A program made the translations under genes and the position numbers. Under the pieces are notes generated by a model. That model had not been told where the DNA came from. It searched no databases and saw only the letters and a program-made list of their open reading frames with translations. Source: Dehalococcoidia bacterium (GTDB lineage: Bacteria > Chloroflexota > Dehalococcoidia > GIF9 > AB-539-J10). From it: a stretch of DNA of 27,554 bases. How positions within the stretch are numbered: position 1 is the stretch's first letter; each line of letters starts with the position of its first letter. Positions 17,504 to 25,725 of this stretch are shown piece by piece. The DNA is taken from positions 1-27,554 of the forward strand of contig JAGMBH010000148.1 in assembly GCA_023129815.1 (NCBI GenBank), read 5' to 3'.

Positions 17504-18544
17504 CTAAAGCGACTCAAAAAGCTCTATAAATCTTTGGGCAATCTTCTCCGCTGAATTTGCCTCGCAATACCTTTTCGCAGCTCTCCTCTTTTCTTCGACT
17601 TCTCCAGAACCTTGAAATATGTTCCTAAGCCCTTGTTTGAACTCTTCCATATCTCTATACTTGAAGACCTCCTCATGGATGAAATCAAAGAAGTTGGAAT
17701 CCCTGACCAAGATAGGGCAGCCTGAGCCAAGGCATAAATGAATTGTACTTGAGAGGACAGCAGCGCCGGGGATAGAATGTTTGCCAAAGATCGTCACATC
17801 AGCAGCGTGGAGGTAATCGTAAATCTTTGGGTGCTCCAAGACCTCTTTTCTTATCTCGCAATCCAGCCCTTCAAAGCCAAACACTCTCTGCGCCCCGCTT
17901 ATTATTACAAGCTTTATGGGATATTCATGACTTAGTTCTTTGAGTGCCTCCACTGTCTCGTGGTCATTTATATGGCGCCACTTCTGGCCGAAAACAAAGA
18001 TGAGCTTCTTATCTAAGGGCAGGGCTAATTTTTTCCTCGTCTCTTCCTTACCATTTGATAGCCAGCGGTGACAAGGGAAGGGAATAATATGAATTTTATC
18101 CTCAGGATATACTTGCTTGAGGAAATCCTTATACCTTGAGTCAAAGCAGACAATGGCATCCCAATCGAATTGAAAAAAGGAGGGGTCATCTGGTAACCTC
18201 GATGCATGAACAACAAGAATAGTCTTTGCTTTCCTATGGATATGCGGGAAGATCTTCGCCAGCTTATCCTTGGGAAGCATGCCTAGGTCCTGGACAACGA
18301 AGAAATCGTAATCTTCTTTAAGAAAAGGGATAGGGTTGAGATAATTCGTTCTTCCCGGCGTCCCAAAGCACCGAGTAACATATTCCTGATCTACTCCAAT
18401 AAGGGAGGCACCGTGGAAATCATCCTCAAGGAAGGAGAAGACCTTAAGCTCATGTCCTGCCTTAACCCACTCCTCTCCAACAAGCTCAGCATGGATAGAA
18501 ACCCCAGAGGTTTGATTCCAAGCGCTCATCATTGCTATCCTCAT
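17504..18544 (-). CDS. Atypical GT-B (GT4-like) glycosyltransferase, paralog A
   Basis: MRIAMMSAWN..GVSIHAELVG; ADVTIF..CLGSGCPIL; ends AQRFIELFESL. Confidence 0.82.
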   Translation of the reverse strand: MRIAMMSAWNQTSGVSIHAELVGEEWVKAGHELKVFSFLEDDFHGASLIGVDQEYVTRCFGTPGRTNYLNPIPFLKEDYDFFVVQDLGMLPKDKLAKIFPHIHRKAKTILVVHASRLPDDPSFFQFDWDAIVCFDSRYKDFLKQVYPEDKIHIIPFPCHRWLSNGKEETRKKLALPLDKKLIFVFGQKWRHINDHETVEALKELSHEYPIKLVIISGAQRVFGFEGLDCEIRKEVLEHPKIYDYLHAADVTIFGKHSIPGAAVLSSTIHLCLGSGCPILVRDSNFFDFIHEEVFKYRDMEEFKQGLRNIFQGSGEVEEKRRAAKRYCEANSAEKIAQRFIELFESL

Positions 18545-18559
18545 CGCTAACCTCGTATC

Positions 18560-18724
18560 CTAAGGCTTCATTTGGAAAGTAAAGGCAGTCGGGACTTTCC
18601 TCACCGCAGCTCCGCACTTCGGACACTTCTCAATTGGTTTATCAGCTAATGTTTGCTTTACCTCGAAGCCGTCTTTGCAGTATTCACATCCTTTATCTAA
18701 TGCCTTGTAAATATAAGTTGGCAT
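18560..18724 (-). CDS. FmdB-family zinc-ribbon protein
   Basis: MPTYIY..CEYC...FEV.Q.....P...CPKCG; SD AAGGGAGG. Confidence 0.88.
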   Translation of the reverse strand: MPTYIYKALDKGCEYCKDGFEVKQTLADKPIEKCPKCGAAVRKVPTAFTFQMKP

Positions 18725-20045
18725 CTTTTCCTCCCTTCCTAGCAATTCTTACTTCGAGAAACTCATCTGTCATTTGGGATTCCAGAGCTTCTAGTCCATT
18801 GACTTTCAGCATAGCGATCAGGTCAACAACCAAAGTGGACCAACCAAAATCTGTGGCACCGTAACCTTCCCCAGTCCAACGATTGTAGAACTCCCTAAAG
18901 CCAGCTCTCGATACAAGTTCACAGGTTCTTTTTATAAGCTCGCAGGCTATCTCTTTGTAGCCGTGTTTTAAAAGTCCCTGAACAATAAACCAGTTCGTGT
19001 TAATCCAAGTTGGCCCTCTCCAAAGGTAATCTTGCCCTTTATAAATTGGGTCAAAGGAGTGTTCGCTTCTCGCCACTGAAGGAATTGGATAGGGGAGCCA
19101 GAATTCCTCAGGATTGAGTAAATGCCGCGTAATTAGATTATCTACCTTATCCCCTTCAATGTTGTCCAGAATTAACGGCATCAAGGATATGACCGTGACA
19201 ACCATTACTGGCATCTCTTTCTTGTTCTTGGTGTTTAGGTTGTAAAAACATCCATCGTGATAGCACTTATCAATAATGGCCTTCTCCACACGGTCAGCCA
19301 AAAGCTTAAACCTTACATTCTCCTCTCGATTTCCCATTACTCGGTAAAGTTCAGATAAAACCCTAAGCCCTTGGGCATAGATGCTATTTACCAGAACATC
19401 CTCCACGTCAAATAGGTCTAAGTCTATTATCTTTTCCAGTCCATATTTTGCTTCGGCATAGCGAAGGTCTAGTGCTCTTGCCGCCCAGTGCGGATTTTCT
19501 GGGAAGCCCAAAGCGGGGGTATAAGCGGGAGAGTGGTCTAGCCCCGATTCCCAAGGGGCAATGATGGAAATCAGACCATCATTATCAAAATCTCTGTTCT
19601 GTAACCAAAGGTAATATCTCCTGAGGTGGGGTAAAGTTTGCCTCAAAAACTCGATGTCTCCGCAGCGGTTAAAAATCGCCTTAACTGCCTGCGCTATCAC
19701 CGGTGGCTGAATATAGGACGAGTGATGATATGGAGGCTTGCCTTGTAGGAAAGTCCAGTAGGACGCACTTTCTCTATCGCCCCAGAAAATTATGTGGGGG
19801 ATAAAGCCATCGCTATGTTGTGCTGAAAGCAGATTCAAGAGCTCCTGTTTTGCCAGATTTATATCGAAATGAGTTAGGACAATGGCGTGAAAACAAGAAT
19901 CCCAAAACCACTGAAAAGGATAGAATTCAACCGAAGGGCAGACATAACTGTAACCGGTACCATTCCAGTGGACTGCGCCCTCTTTACGATTTTTCCATAG
20001 GATAGTTCTTGCCTCATTCCTAATTCTTGTGTATCTGTCTTCCAT
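18693..20045 (-). CDS. GH63/MGH1-like (alpha/alpha)6 glycoside hydrolase (mannosyl-/glucosylglycerate hydrolase-like)
   Basis: YPFQWFWDSCFH, QPPVIAQA, PWESGLDHSP, LWRGPTWINTNW, FREFYN..TGEG.GA.DFGWS. Confidence 0.85.
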   Translation of the reverse strand: MEDRYTRIRNEARTILWKNRKEGAVHWNGTGYSYVCPSVEFYPFQWFWDSCFHAIVLTHFDINLAKQELLNLLSAQHSDGFIPHIIFWGDRESASYWTFLQGKPPYHHSSYIQPPVIAQAVKAIFNRCGDIEFLRQTLPHLRRYYLWLQNRDFDNDGLISIIAPWESGLDHSPAYTPALGFPENPHWAARALDLRYAEAKYGLEKIIDLDLFDVEDVLVNSIYAQGLRVLSELYRVMGNREENVRFKLLADRVEKAIIDKCYHDGCFYNLNTKNKKEMPVMVVTVISLMPLILDNIEGDKVDNLITRHLLNPEEFWLPYPIPSVARSEHSFDPIYKGQDYLWRGPTWINTNWFIVQGLLKHGYKEIACELIKRTCELVSRAGFREFYNRWTGEGYGATDFGWSTLVVDLIAMLKVNGLEALESQMTDEFLEVRIARKGGKDANLYLQGIR

Positions 20046-20147
20046 CTAAAAATCCCCCTACGCAGTATTTTGAGCCAGACTTCCCCCTCTGGGACGTTTG
20101 TCCCCTATGTGAGACACTTGTGTAAAGTTGCCTTCCTGTTGCCCTGG

Positions 20148-20246
20148 TCACCCCTTCGAAGGCTTTGCTGGTCGCGGTGGAGAAGCTTGTTTTGCCGCCC
20201 TAGCCTCTTGCCTTTGCTTCTTTTCCTTCTTTTGTATTTTAGCCAT
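20148..20246 (-). CDS. Basic micropeptide MAKIQKKEKKQRQEARAAKQASPPRPAKPSKG
   Basis: Moderate SD (GAAGGG); shares KKEKK..A.AAK.AS.P..KPSK with 17409-17495. Confidence 0.6.
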   Translation of the reverse strand: MAKIQKKEKKQRQEARAAKQASPPRPAKPSKG

Positions 20247-20277
20247 TCTTGTCCCTTCACTCGTAGACTGGATTCTC

Positions 20278-20622
20278 TTACGTTCCCTGTTTCTCTTCTA
20301 TCTGCACCTTCATGGACTTCTTATCAAACCAGCCCTCGTAGAGTATCAAATCAGGGTACTCATTAAGAGAGCTATAGTCCTTAACGGCTACCTTTTTTGC
20401 TGCTGCCTGAGCCTCATCAAAAACTCTGACATCGAAAGCGTCTTTGCCTTCCTCTGGCCTCTTACGCACCACACCCTTAAGCTTCCACACCCAGTCTGGA
20501 TTCTGCTTGAGCTCCACCACCAGATGCCTCCCCACCAAATCTGGTATCTCCTTTAGTCCCGGTAGTTTCTCGACCTCTGGCTTCGATGGCTCCTTTGTCA
20601 CTGGCTTCTTTTTCCAAAACAT
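20278..20622 (-). CDS. Conserved hypothetical protein, paralog of 12458-12748
   Basis: SD GAGGAGG; PDWVWKLKGVV and PDLILYEGWFDK. Confidence 0.87.
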   Translation of the reverse strand: MFWKKKPVTKEPSKPEVEKLPGLKEIPDLVGRHLVVELKQNPDWVWKLKGVVRKRPEEGKDAFDVRVFDEAQAAAKKVAVKDYSSLNEYPDLILYEGWFDKKSMKVQIEEKQGT

Positions 20623-20655
20623 TTTTGCCCTCCTCGTTACTATCTCCTTGACGTG

Positions 20656-20712
20656 TTACCTCCCACGGGGCTTGGGCTTCCCACTAGGCTTGGGCTTTGG
20701 TTTCTTTGCCAT
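20656..20712 (-). CDS. Lys/Pro micropeptide MAKKPKPKPSGKPKPRGR
   Basis: GAGGAGGTGA-N5-ATG; fits the gap between two genes; KKPKPKP core matches 14145-14177 with synonymous differences. Confidence 0.7.
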   Translation of the reverse strand: MAKKPKPKPSGKPKPRGR

Positions 20713-20731
20713 TTTGGTCACCTCCTCATCT

Positions 20732-21442
20732 TTAATGACTTTGACATTCTTCTTTCATCGAGCAAACTAGGCATTTTTTCTTGCGGCAGTAGTTCTTGCC
20801 TAGTCTCACCAGGGCAGCTTCCAAATCCGAGAACCTTGCTCCACCCTGCTCGCTTGTCTCCCACATCGCTTTCAGGTTCTCCAAAGCCACCACCGCATCA
20901 CTTGCCCAGACTAAGCTCAGGTTTCTTGCCGCCACGAGTGCAGGCTCCGAGAGCGGCAGCTCCACCTTATCCCAGATGTCCCTCAACTCCCTCAAAAATA
21001 TGTTGACTGTAACCGGGCCGATGCCTTTTCCCAGACTCCGAAGTTTCTTTTCCAAATCCCTTCCATCCTTGGCAAAGAAATGCAGCCGATTTAGATCGCC
21101 CCCGTATTTTTCCTTTACAGTTCGCGTTACCTCTAGGAGCTTGGTGGCAGTCTTGAAGTCATACCTTACATACCCACCCCGGTCGAGAATGTCCACCAGG
21201 CCCTGCCAACCAGTTTCCAAGACGGCCTCGGGGGAGAGCACATTTGCCTTTTCAAACTCCTTGTAGGTGTTTATAGCGATGCTCTCGCCAATTCTGGCAC
21301 CGAACAACACCGAGGCCAGGAACCACTTAAAGACCTCATCTGATTCCATACTGGCGAGGTTGATGCCCAAAGCCGGCGAGTACGCACTACCCAGTTCCTT
21401 CACCAGCTTTATGCATAGACCTTGCTGTGTTATCTCGCTCAT
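20732..21442 (-). CDS. HhH-GPD/Endonuclease III-fold protein with a C-terminal 4-Cys cluster
   Basis: FKWFLASVLFGARI, GGYVRYD, HhH-like GKGIGPVTVNIFL and C-x4-C-x2-C-x5-C. Start set at MSEIT. Confidence 0.72.
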   Translation of the reverse strand: MSEITQQGLCIKLVKELGSAYSPALGINLASMESDEVFKWFLASVLFGARIGESIAINTYKEFEKANVLSPEAVLETGWQGLVDILDRGGYVRYDFKTATKLLEVTRTVKEKYGGDLNRLHFFAKDGRDLEKKLRSLGKGIGPVTVNIFLRELRDIWDKVELPLSEPALVAARNLSLVWASDAVVALENLKAMWETSEQGGARFSDLEAALVRLGKNYCRKKKCLVCSMKEECQSH

Positions 21443-21474
21443 ACTCACAGCGCCCCCTGAAGTTTTGCAGAGTC

Positions 21475-21852
21475 TCATTGTAGTTTCCGGTGTTGCTTGG
21501 AGCTGGCTTTTGCCTTCAGTATCTTAGGTCTTACTTTCTTCATTACTATGATGGGTATTGCATATATTGGCAGCCCAAGCGCTAATGTTTTTGGCATACC
21601 TAGATGGGGCAGTAACCATATGGTTAGAGCGGCATAGCAGGCAAACGCCGGCAGAAACAAAAGGGAACCCTTTGTGTATGCAATGCTGGTGCCTACCCCT
21701 CCGTTCCGGTACATCAAGAGAACATTTAGAAGAAACAGCACTGGCAGGCTGGCCACAAAAGCCGCCAGCATACCGTTACCCCGGCTGCCAATATAAGCCA
21801 CCGCTGTGACCACCGTTCCACCGATTAAAAAATAAAGCAAATAATGCCACAT
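21475..21852 (-). CDS. Small multi-TM membrane protein (DUF3147/GlpM-like)
   Basis: YFLIGGTVVTAV, AAFVASLP; about four hydrophobic segments. Confidence 0.7.
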   Translation of the reverse strand: MWHYLLYFLIGGTVVTAVAYIGSRGNGMLAAFVASLPVLFLLNVLLMYRNGGVGTSIAYTKGSLLFLPAFACYAALTIWLLPHLGMPKTLALGLPIYAIPIIVMKKVRPKILKAKASSKQHRKLQ

Positions 21853-21890
21853 AGTCTGTTAAATCCTTCCTTGACTCATAATACCCAGGT

Positions 21891-21949
21891 CTTTGGCGGG
21901 CGGAGGATACGCTTCACACCTTGTGATAGTGTTCCCCCGTCCACCAAAG
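21891..21949 (-). other. Long imperfect hairpin just downstream of micropeptide MQKKGKPKPK
   Basis: Arms CTTTGGTGGACGGGGG / CCTCCGCCCGCCAAAG pair at 15 of 16 positions including G-U; inner ACAC/GTGT stem; no poly-U tail. Confidence 0.6.
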
Positions 21950-21962
21950 CTCTCTTTCCTTC

Positions 21963-21995
21963 CTACTTTGGCTTGGGTTTGCCCTTCTTTTGCAT
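21963..21995 (-). CDS. Lys/Pro micropeptide MQKKGKPKPK, first ORF of the leftward unit
   Basis: AAAGGAGG SD; 9/10 aa identical to 14145-14177, with three synonymous codon differences. Confidence 0.68.
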   Translation of the reverse strand: MQKKGKPKPK

Positions 21996-22071
21996 TTTGC
22001 CTCGCCTCCTTTACTAAGAACACCTGGTTCCTTTATTCACTACATAGTTTAAGCAGCCTGTGTTAAAATAA

Positions 22072-22122
22072 CCTTAGAAATTAGTTGCAGTTTCATTAGA
22101 AAAACCTTAGATTTTCCTTAGA
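22072..22122. promoter_or_regulatory. Direct-repeat array C(C/A)TTAGA, putative OmpR-family operator
   Basis: Units at 22072, 22094, 22105 and 22116 (spacing 22, 11, 11 bp) in the divergent region before the kinase gene. Confidence 0.65.
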
Positions 22123-22141
22123 ATTTTCGTTCGTTGGTACC

Positions 22142-23731
22142 ATGGCGAAAAGAGGTAAAGGCTCAAAGTCCGGAAAGGTGGTCAGGCTGGAGAAGATTGA
22201 ACCGTGGGCTGCTCCCTCTGGGGAAACAGATTTTCAGGCCAAGCTGCTGGCCATCCTCAGCAGTACAGTAGACATCTTGGGCGGTAATGCCGGGATAGTT
22301 GCTCTATGGAATGAGAAGGAGAGGCATTTCATTGAAGAGACAAGTTATGGTCTGAATTCTAGAGGCGTAGAACGACTACGCCCCCTACTTAAGGAAGCTA
22401 TTCCCGATCTTGCCACTAGCAAGCAGAGTTTCGACCGGCTCTCCCAACTTTCTCCTGGCCTTCGCGTTCCGGCAACCCCAACAGACCAGGTGCAGGATCC
22501 TATCATTGCCCTGCCGCTTCAGATCGCAGGAAAGATGATTGGGCTGATATACGTGTTTCGCCCCCATTTGGCAGAGCCCTTCAGCAGCAGTGACCAGCGT
22601 GTACTGTCCGCTTTTGCCGACCAAGTAGCCATCTCACTACAAAATGCTCACCTGGCATCCCAGCTTGCCCAAGAACGATACAAGGTTGAGTCGATTCTGG
22701 AAAGCAGCGCCGATGGAATCATAACCATCGACATGGAACGACGCATACTTTCCTTCAATGCTAGCATGGAGAGGCTTACCGGCTGGAAAAGAGAGGAGGC
22801 AGTCAGAAGCTATTGCTTTGAAGTATTAAGGTTAAGGGATAGTCAGGGGGCAGATCTTTGCCAAACCAGGTGCCCCATTGCTAAAGGTACTAAGGGCTTC
22901 TCTAGTCTCGACGGCATCATCACTACCAAGGATGGTCAAAATGTTGATGTGGGCATGAATTACTCTATAGTCCGTTCGCCTAGCGGGAGTCTTTTGACCA
23001 CGGTGGTAAACATTCGGGACATCACTCGCCTTCGCCAAATTGAGAGCCTGAGGTCTGCACTGCTTGCCACTGTTTCGCATGAACTCCAGACTCCTATTTC
23101 GATTATTAAGGCCTACGCCAGCATCTTGGCACGCTCTGATGCCCAGTGGAGTCAGCAAACTATTAGGGATAAACTACAGGCTATTGAGGAGGAGAGTGAC
23201 CGCTTGAGCGAGCTGGTAAGCAAACTCCTTTATACCTCTCGGCTTGAGGTTGGGGATTTGTCATTAAATAAACTCCTGCTGGACTTACCTAAAGAAGCGC
23301 ATAAAGTGTCAAAGAGATTTGTTGGACTAACAGAAATCCATAAAGTGGAGGCCGATTTTCCACCTGAGTTCCCACCTGTTCTCGCCGACCCAGAAAAAAT
23401 AGGAGAGGTGCTCACAAATCTTGTCGAGAATGCCACAAAGTTCTCGCCCCAAGGTGGAACAATCACCATCAAAGGCGAGACCTCAGGGAACGAGATCTCA
23501 GTCACAGTTGTTGATGAAGGAATTGGCATTGCACTACGAGACCAAGAGCGAATCTTCGAGCGCTTCTATAGAGTGAAGGATAGCTTGGCCAGGCCAACTC
23601 AGGGCACAGGGCTTGGGCTCTACATTTGCAAAACCATTATTGAAGCTCACGGAGGTCGAATCGGGGTAGAAAGTGAGCTGGGAAAGGGTTCTCACTTCAC
23701 TTTTACTCTGCCTATGGGCGAACAAGAATAG
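22142..23731 (+). CDS. Cytoplasmic GAF-PAS sensor histidine kinase
   Basis: GAF ([16 protein letters not shown]), PAS ([11 protein letters not shown]), His[25 protein letters not shown] and GTGLGL; no clear TM segment. Confidence 0.95.
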   Translation: MAKRGKGSKSGKVVRLEKIEPWAAPSGETDFQAKLLAILSSTVDILGGNAGIVALWNEKERHFIEETSYGLNSRGVERLRPLLKEAIPDLATSKQSFDRLSQLSPGLRVPATPTDQVQDPIIALPLQIAGKMIGLIYVFRPHLAEPFSSSDQRVLSAFADQVAISLQNAHLASQLAQERYKVESILESSADGIITIDMERRILSFNASMERLTGWKREEAVRSYCFEVLRLRDSQGADLCQTRCPIAKGTKGFSSLDGIITTKDGQNVDVGMNYSIVRSPSGSLLTTVVNIRDITRLRQIESLRSALLATVSHELQTPISIIKAYASILARSDAQWSQQTIRDKLQAIEEESDRLSELVSKLLYTSRLEVGDLSLNKLLLDLPKEAHKVSKRFVGLTEIHKVEADFPPEFPPVLADPEKIGEVLTNLVENATKFSPQGGTITIKGETSGNEISVTVVDEGIGIALRDQERIFERFYRVKDSLARPTQGTGLGLYICKTIIEAHGGRIGVESELGKGSHFTFTLPMGEQE

Positions 23732-23763
23732 AGATTGAAGATGGCAAGGAATTGAGGCTGCGT

Positions 23764-24483
23764 ATGACGGAACCTAGAAGAAAACAAGATAAGACGATTC
23801 TAGTTGTGGATGACGAACCACGCATCATCGAAGCGGTGGCCATGAATCTGGAACTAGAGGGTTACCAGGTCTCCGGTACCTCTAACGGCTACGAGGCGTT
23901 GAAGAAGCTGACTGAAGAATTGCCCGAACTAGTTATCCTCGATGTCATGATGCCGGAGATGGATGGTTTTGAGACCCTAAAAAAGATTCGCGAGGTCTCC
24001 ACCGTGCCAGTGATTATGCTCACTGTGAAGGGCGAAGAAATTGATAAGGTAAAGGGGCTTGACCTAGGCGCCGATGACTATGTTACCAAGCCTTTCAGCC
24101 CAAAGGAGCTTGTCTCACGGGTAAAAGCGGTATTGCGCCGTGTTGAAATGCCTAGCCCTGTGCCAAAGAGCGAAATACATGTGGACGATAATCTCTCCAT
24201 CGACTTCAGTCGGTATAAGGTCATAGTCAAAGGTAAAGAGGTCCACCTCAGGCCTACTGAATATCGACTTTTGTACCATCTGGTGAGCAATGCTGGCCGT
24301 GTCCTTACCCATGAGACCCTGTTAAGAAAAGTCTGGGGTTATGAATACCGAGATGAAGACCACTATCTGTGGCTCTACATTACCTATCTGCGCCAGAAGA
24401 TTGAGGAGGATCCCAAGCACCCGAAATATATCTTGGGTGAACGAGGAATAGGCTACCGGTTCAAGGAATTTGGAAAGGAGTAG
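23764..24483 (+). CDS. OmpR/PhoB-family response regulator (KdpE-like)
   Basis: [21 protein letters not shown], w[20 protein letters not shown]...RGIGY. Start set at MTEPR. Confidence 0.96.
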   Translation: MTEPRRKQDKTILVVDDEPRIIEAVAMNLELEGYQVSGTSNGYEALKKLTEELPELVILDVMMPEMDGFETLKKIREVSTVPVIMLTVKGEEIDKVKGLDLGADDYVTKPFSPKELVSRVKAVLRRVEMPSPVPKSEIHVDDNLSIDFSRYKVIVKGKEVHLRPTEYRLLYHLVSNAGRVLTHETLLRKVWGYEYRDEDHYLWLYITYLRQKIEEDPKHPKYILGERGIGYRFKEFGKE

Positions 24484-24632
24484 TTCTACTAGACAAGTTA
24501 GTCAGCTTTGAACAGGAAAATGGGTAACCTGAAGCTATAGAGAAATAATTGTGGTATGTTATCCTTCTGATCCCAAGCCCGTTCTTTGCTTGCACCAAGC
24601 GCTAAAGGAACTACTCTTTGAAGGCCCGTTAG

Positions 24633-24779
24633 CCTGACCTACATTCAGCAAACTACATCAAGAAAGAGAGAGTGGGAAGGAAAAATCGGTATGAGGTAAA
24701 TCATGAAAAGCCACTGCGCCATCCCGTTAAGAAGGACAAGACTGTAAGCAATCTCTTGGCTGAACTTACCATTCAATAA
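24633..24779 (+). pseudogene. C-terminal remnant of a MarR-like winged-HTH regulator
   Basis: PDLHSANYIKKERVGRKNRYEVNHEKPLRHPVKKDKTVSNLLAELTIQ*; resembles the DLxxAGYI.RERVGRRNRY..PLRHP pattern. In-frame TAG at 24630 and no start. Confidence 0.6.
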
Positions 24780-24785
24780 TTTTTC

Positions 24786-25697
24786 TCAGACCGGCTTTCC
24801 AGGAAGCTTCCCTGTAGCCACTCCAATAACCTTATCGGCGGCGCCGTAGTAAAGTATCAATGTATCTTCAAAGACAGCTGCTCCACAGGAAAACACCACA
24901 TTTGGAGCAGTGCCCGAGAGTTCGTAATCTTCTACCGGCTCAAGGATAGGCTCACTACACCTATCAAGGACAATTTCAGGATGATCTTTGTCTAATAAGG
25001 CACACCCAAGACGATATGTCCATGTTTTAGCCTCAACGCCGTGATAAATTAGAAGCCATCCTTCCTCAAGTTCGATTGGAGGCCCGGCTACCCCTACCTT
25101 GGCATCATCCCAGTGGAAAGGACGTGTCTTCAGGATCTCTTTATGCTCATACCAATGAATTCTATCATATGAAAAGGAGAGCCATATATTCTCTGCCATG
25201 GTCATAGGACGATGTAATAGCACCAATCTCCCGTCAAGTTTTCTTGGGAAATAAGTGGCGTTTCTATTGTGAATTCCAATCATTATCGGCAAGATAAGCC
25301 TGTGCCTGCTCCATGCCCATTTAGCCTCCTTAAAATCGTTCAAGGATATATGGGCTTCGCACACACGCGCCCAATCCTTCTCCTTCCCGGCATAAAGCAT
25401 AAAGACCCTATCCTCGATAATAACTAGCCTCGGATCCTCCACTCCGTTGGGCTCAAACCATTCCACCGACATGAATACCGGATATGGCAACCTTTCCTCC
25501 ACCTCATCTATATTTTTTAGTCTGACATAACCGAGGCGTGCAATACCATCCTCACCATGAGCAGTATATATAAGGTGTATTTTATCTCCTAGCTGCAGGA
25601 CAGCTGCATTAGACACAAGTCTGTTCTCCCACCACCTCTCGGTAGAACATAAGATTGGGTTCTTTTCGCTCCTCGTGAGTTTAATATCAATTCCCAC
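24786..25697 (-). CDS. GH130/PH1107-like glycosidase or phosphorylase
   Basis: KNPIL, GVEDPRL, LLHRP, WLLIYHGV, YRLGCALLD and PNVVFSCG; SD GGGAGGT. Confidence 0.88.
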   Translation of the reverse strand: MGIDIKLTRSEKNPILCSTERWWENRLVSNAAVLQLGDKIHLIYTAHGEDGIARLGYVRLKNIDEVEERLPYPVFMSVEWFEPNGVEDPRLVIIEDRVFMLYAGKEKDWARVCEAHISLNDFKEAKWAWSRHRLILPIMIGIHNRNATYFPRKLDGRLVLLHRPMTMAENIWLSFSYDRIHWYEHKEILKTRPFHWDDAKVGVAGPPIELEEGWLLIYHGVEAKTWTYRLGCALLDKDHPEIVLDRCSEPILEPVEDYELSGTAPNVVFSCGAAVFEDTLILYYGAADKVIGVATGKLPGKPV

Positions 25698-25725
25698 TTT
25701 GACCTCCCGAAAACAAATCTTAGCC

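Noticed and set aside
20046-20147. GH63 leader as a c-di-GMP-type riboswitch
   Set aside because: Only a small GGGAC/GTCCC hairpin is clear; the conserved GEMM tetraloop/receptor pattern is not recognisable.
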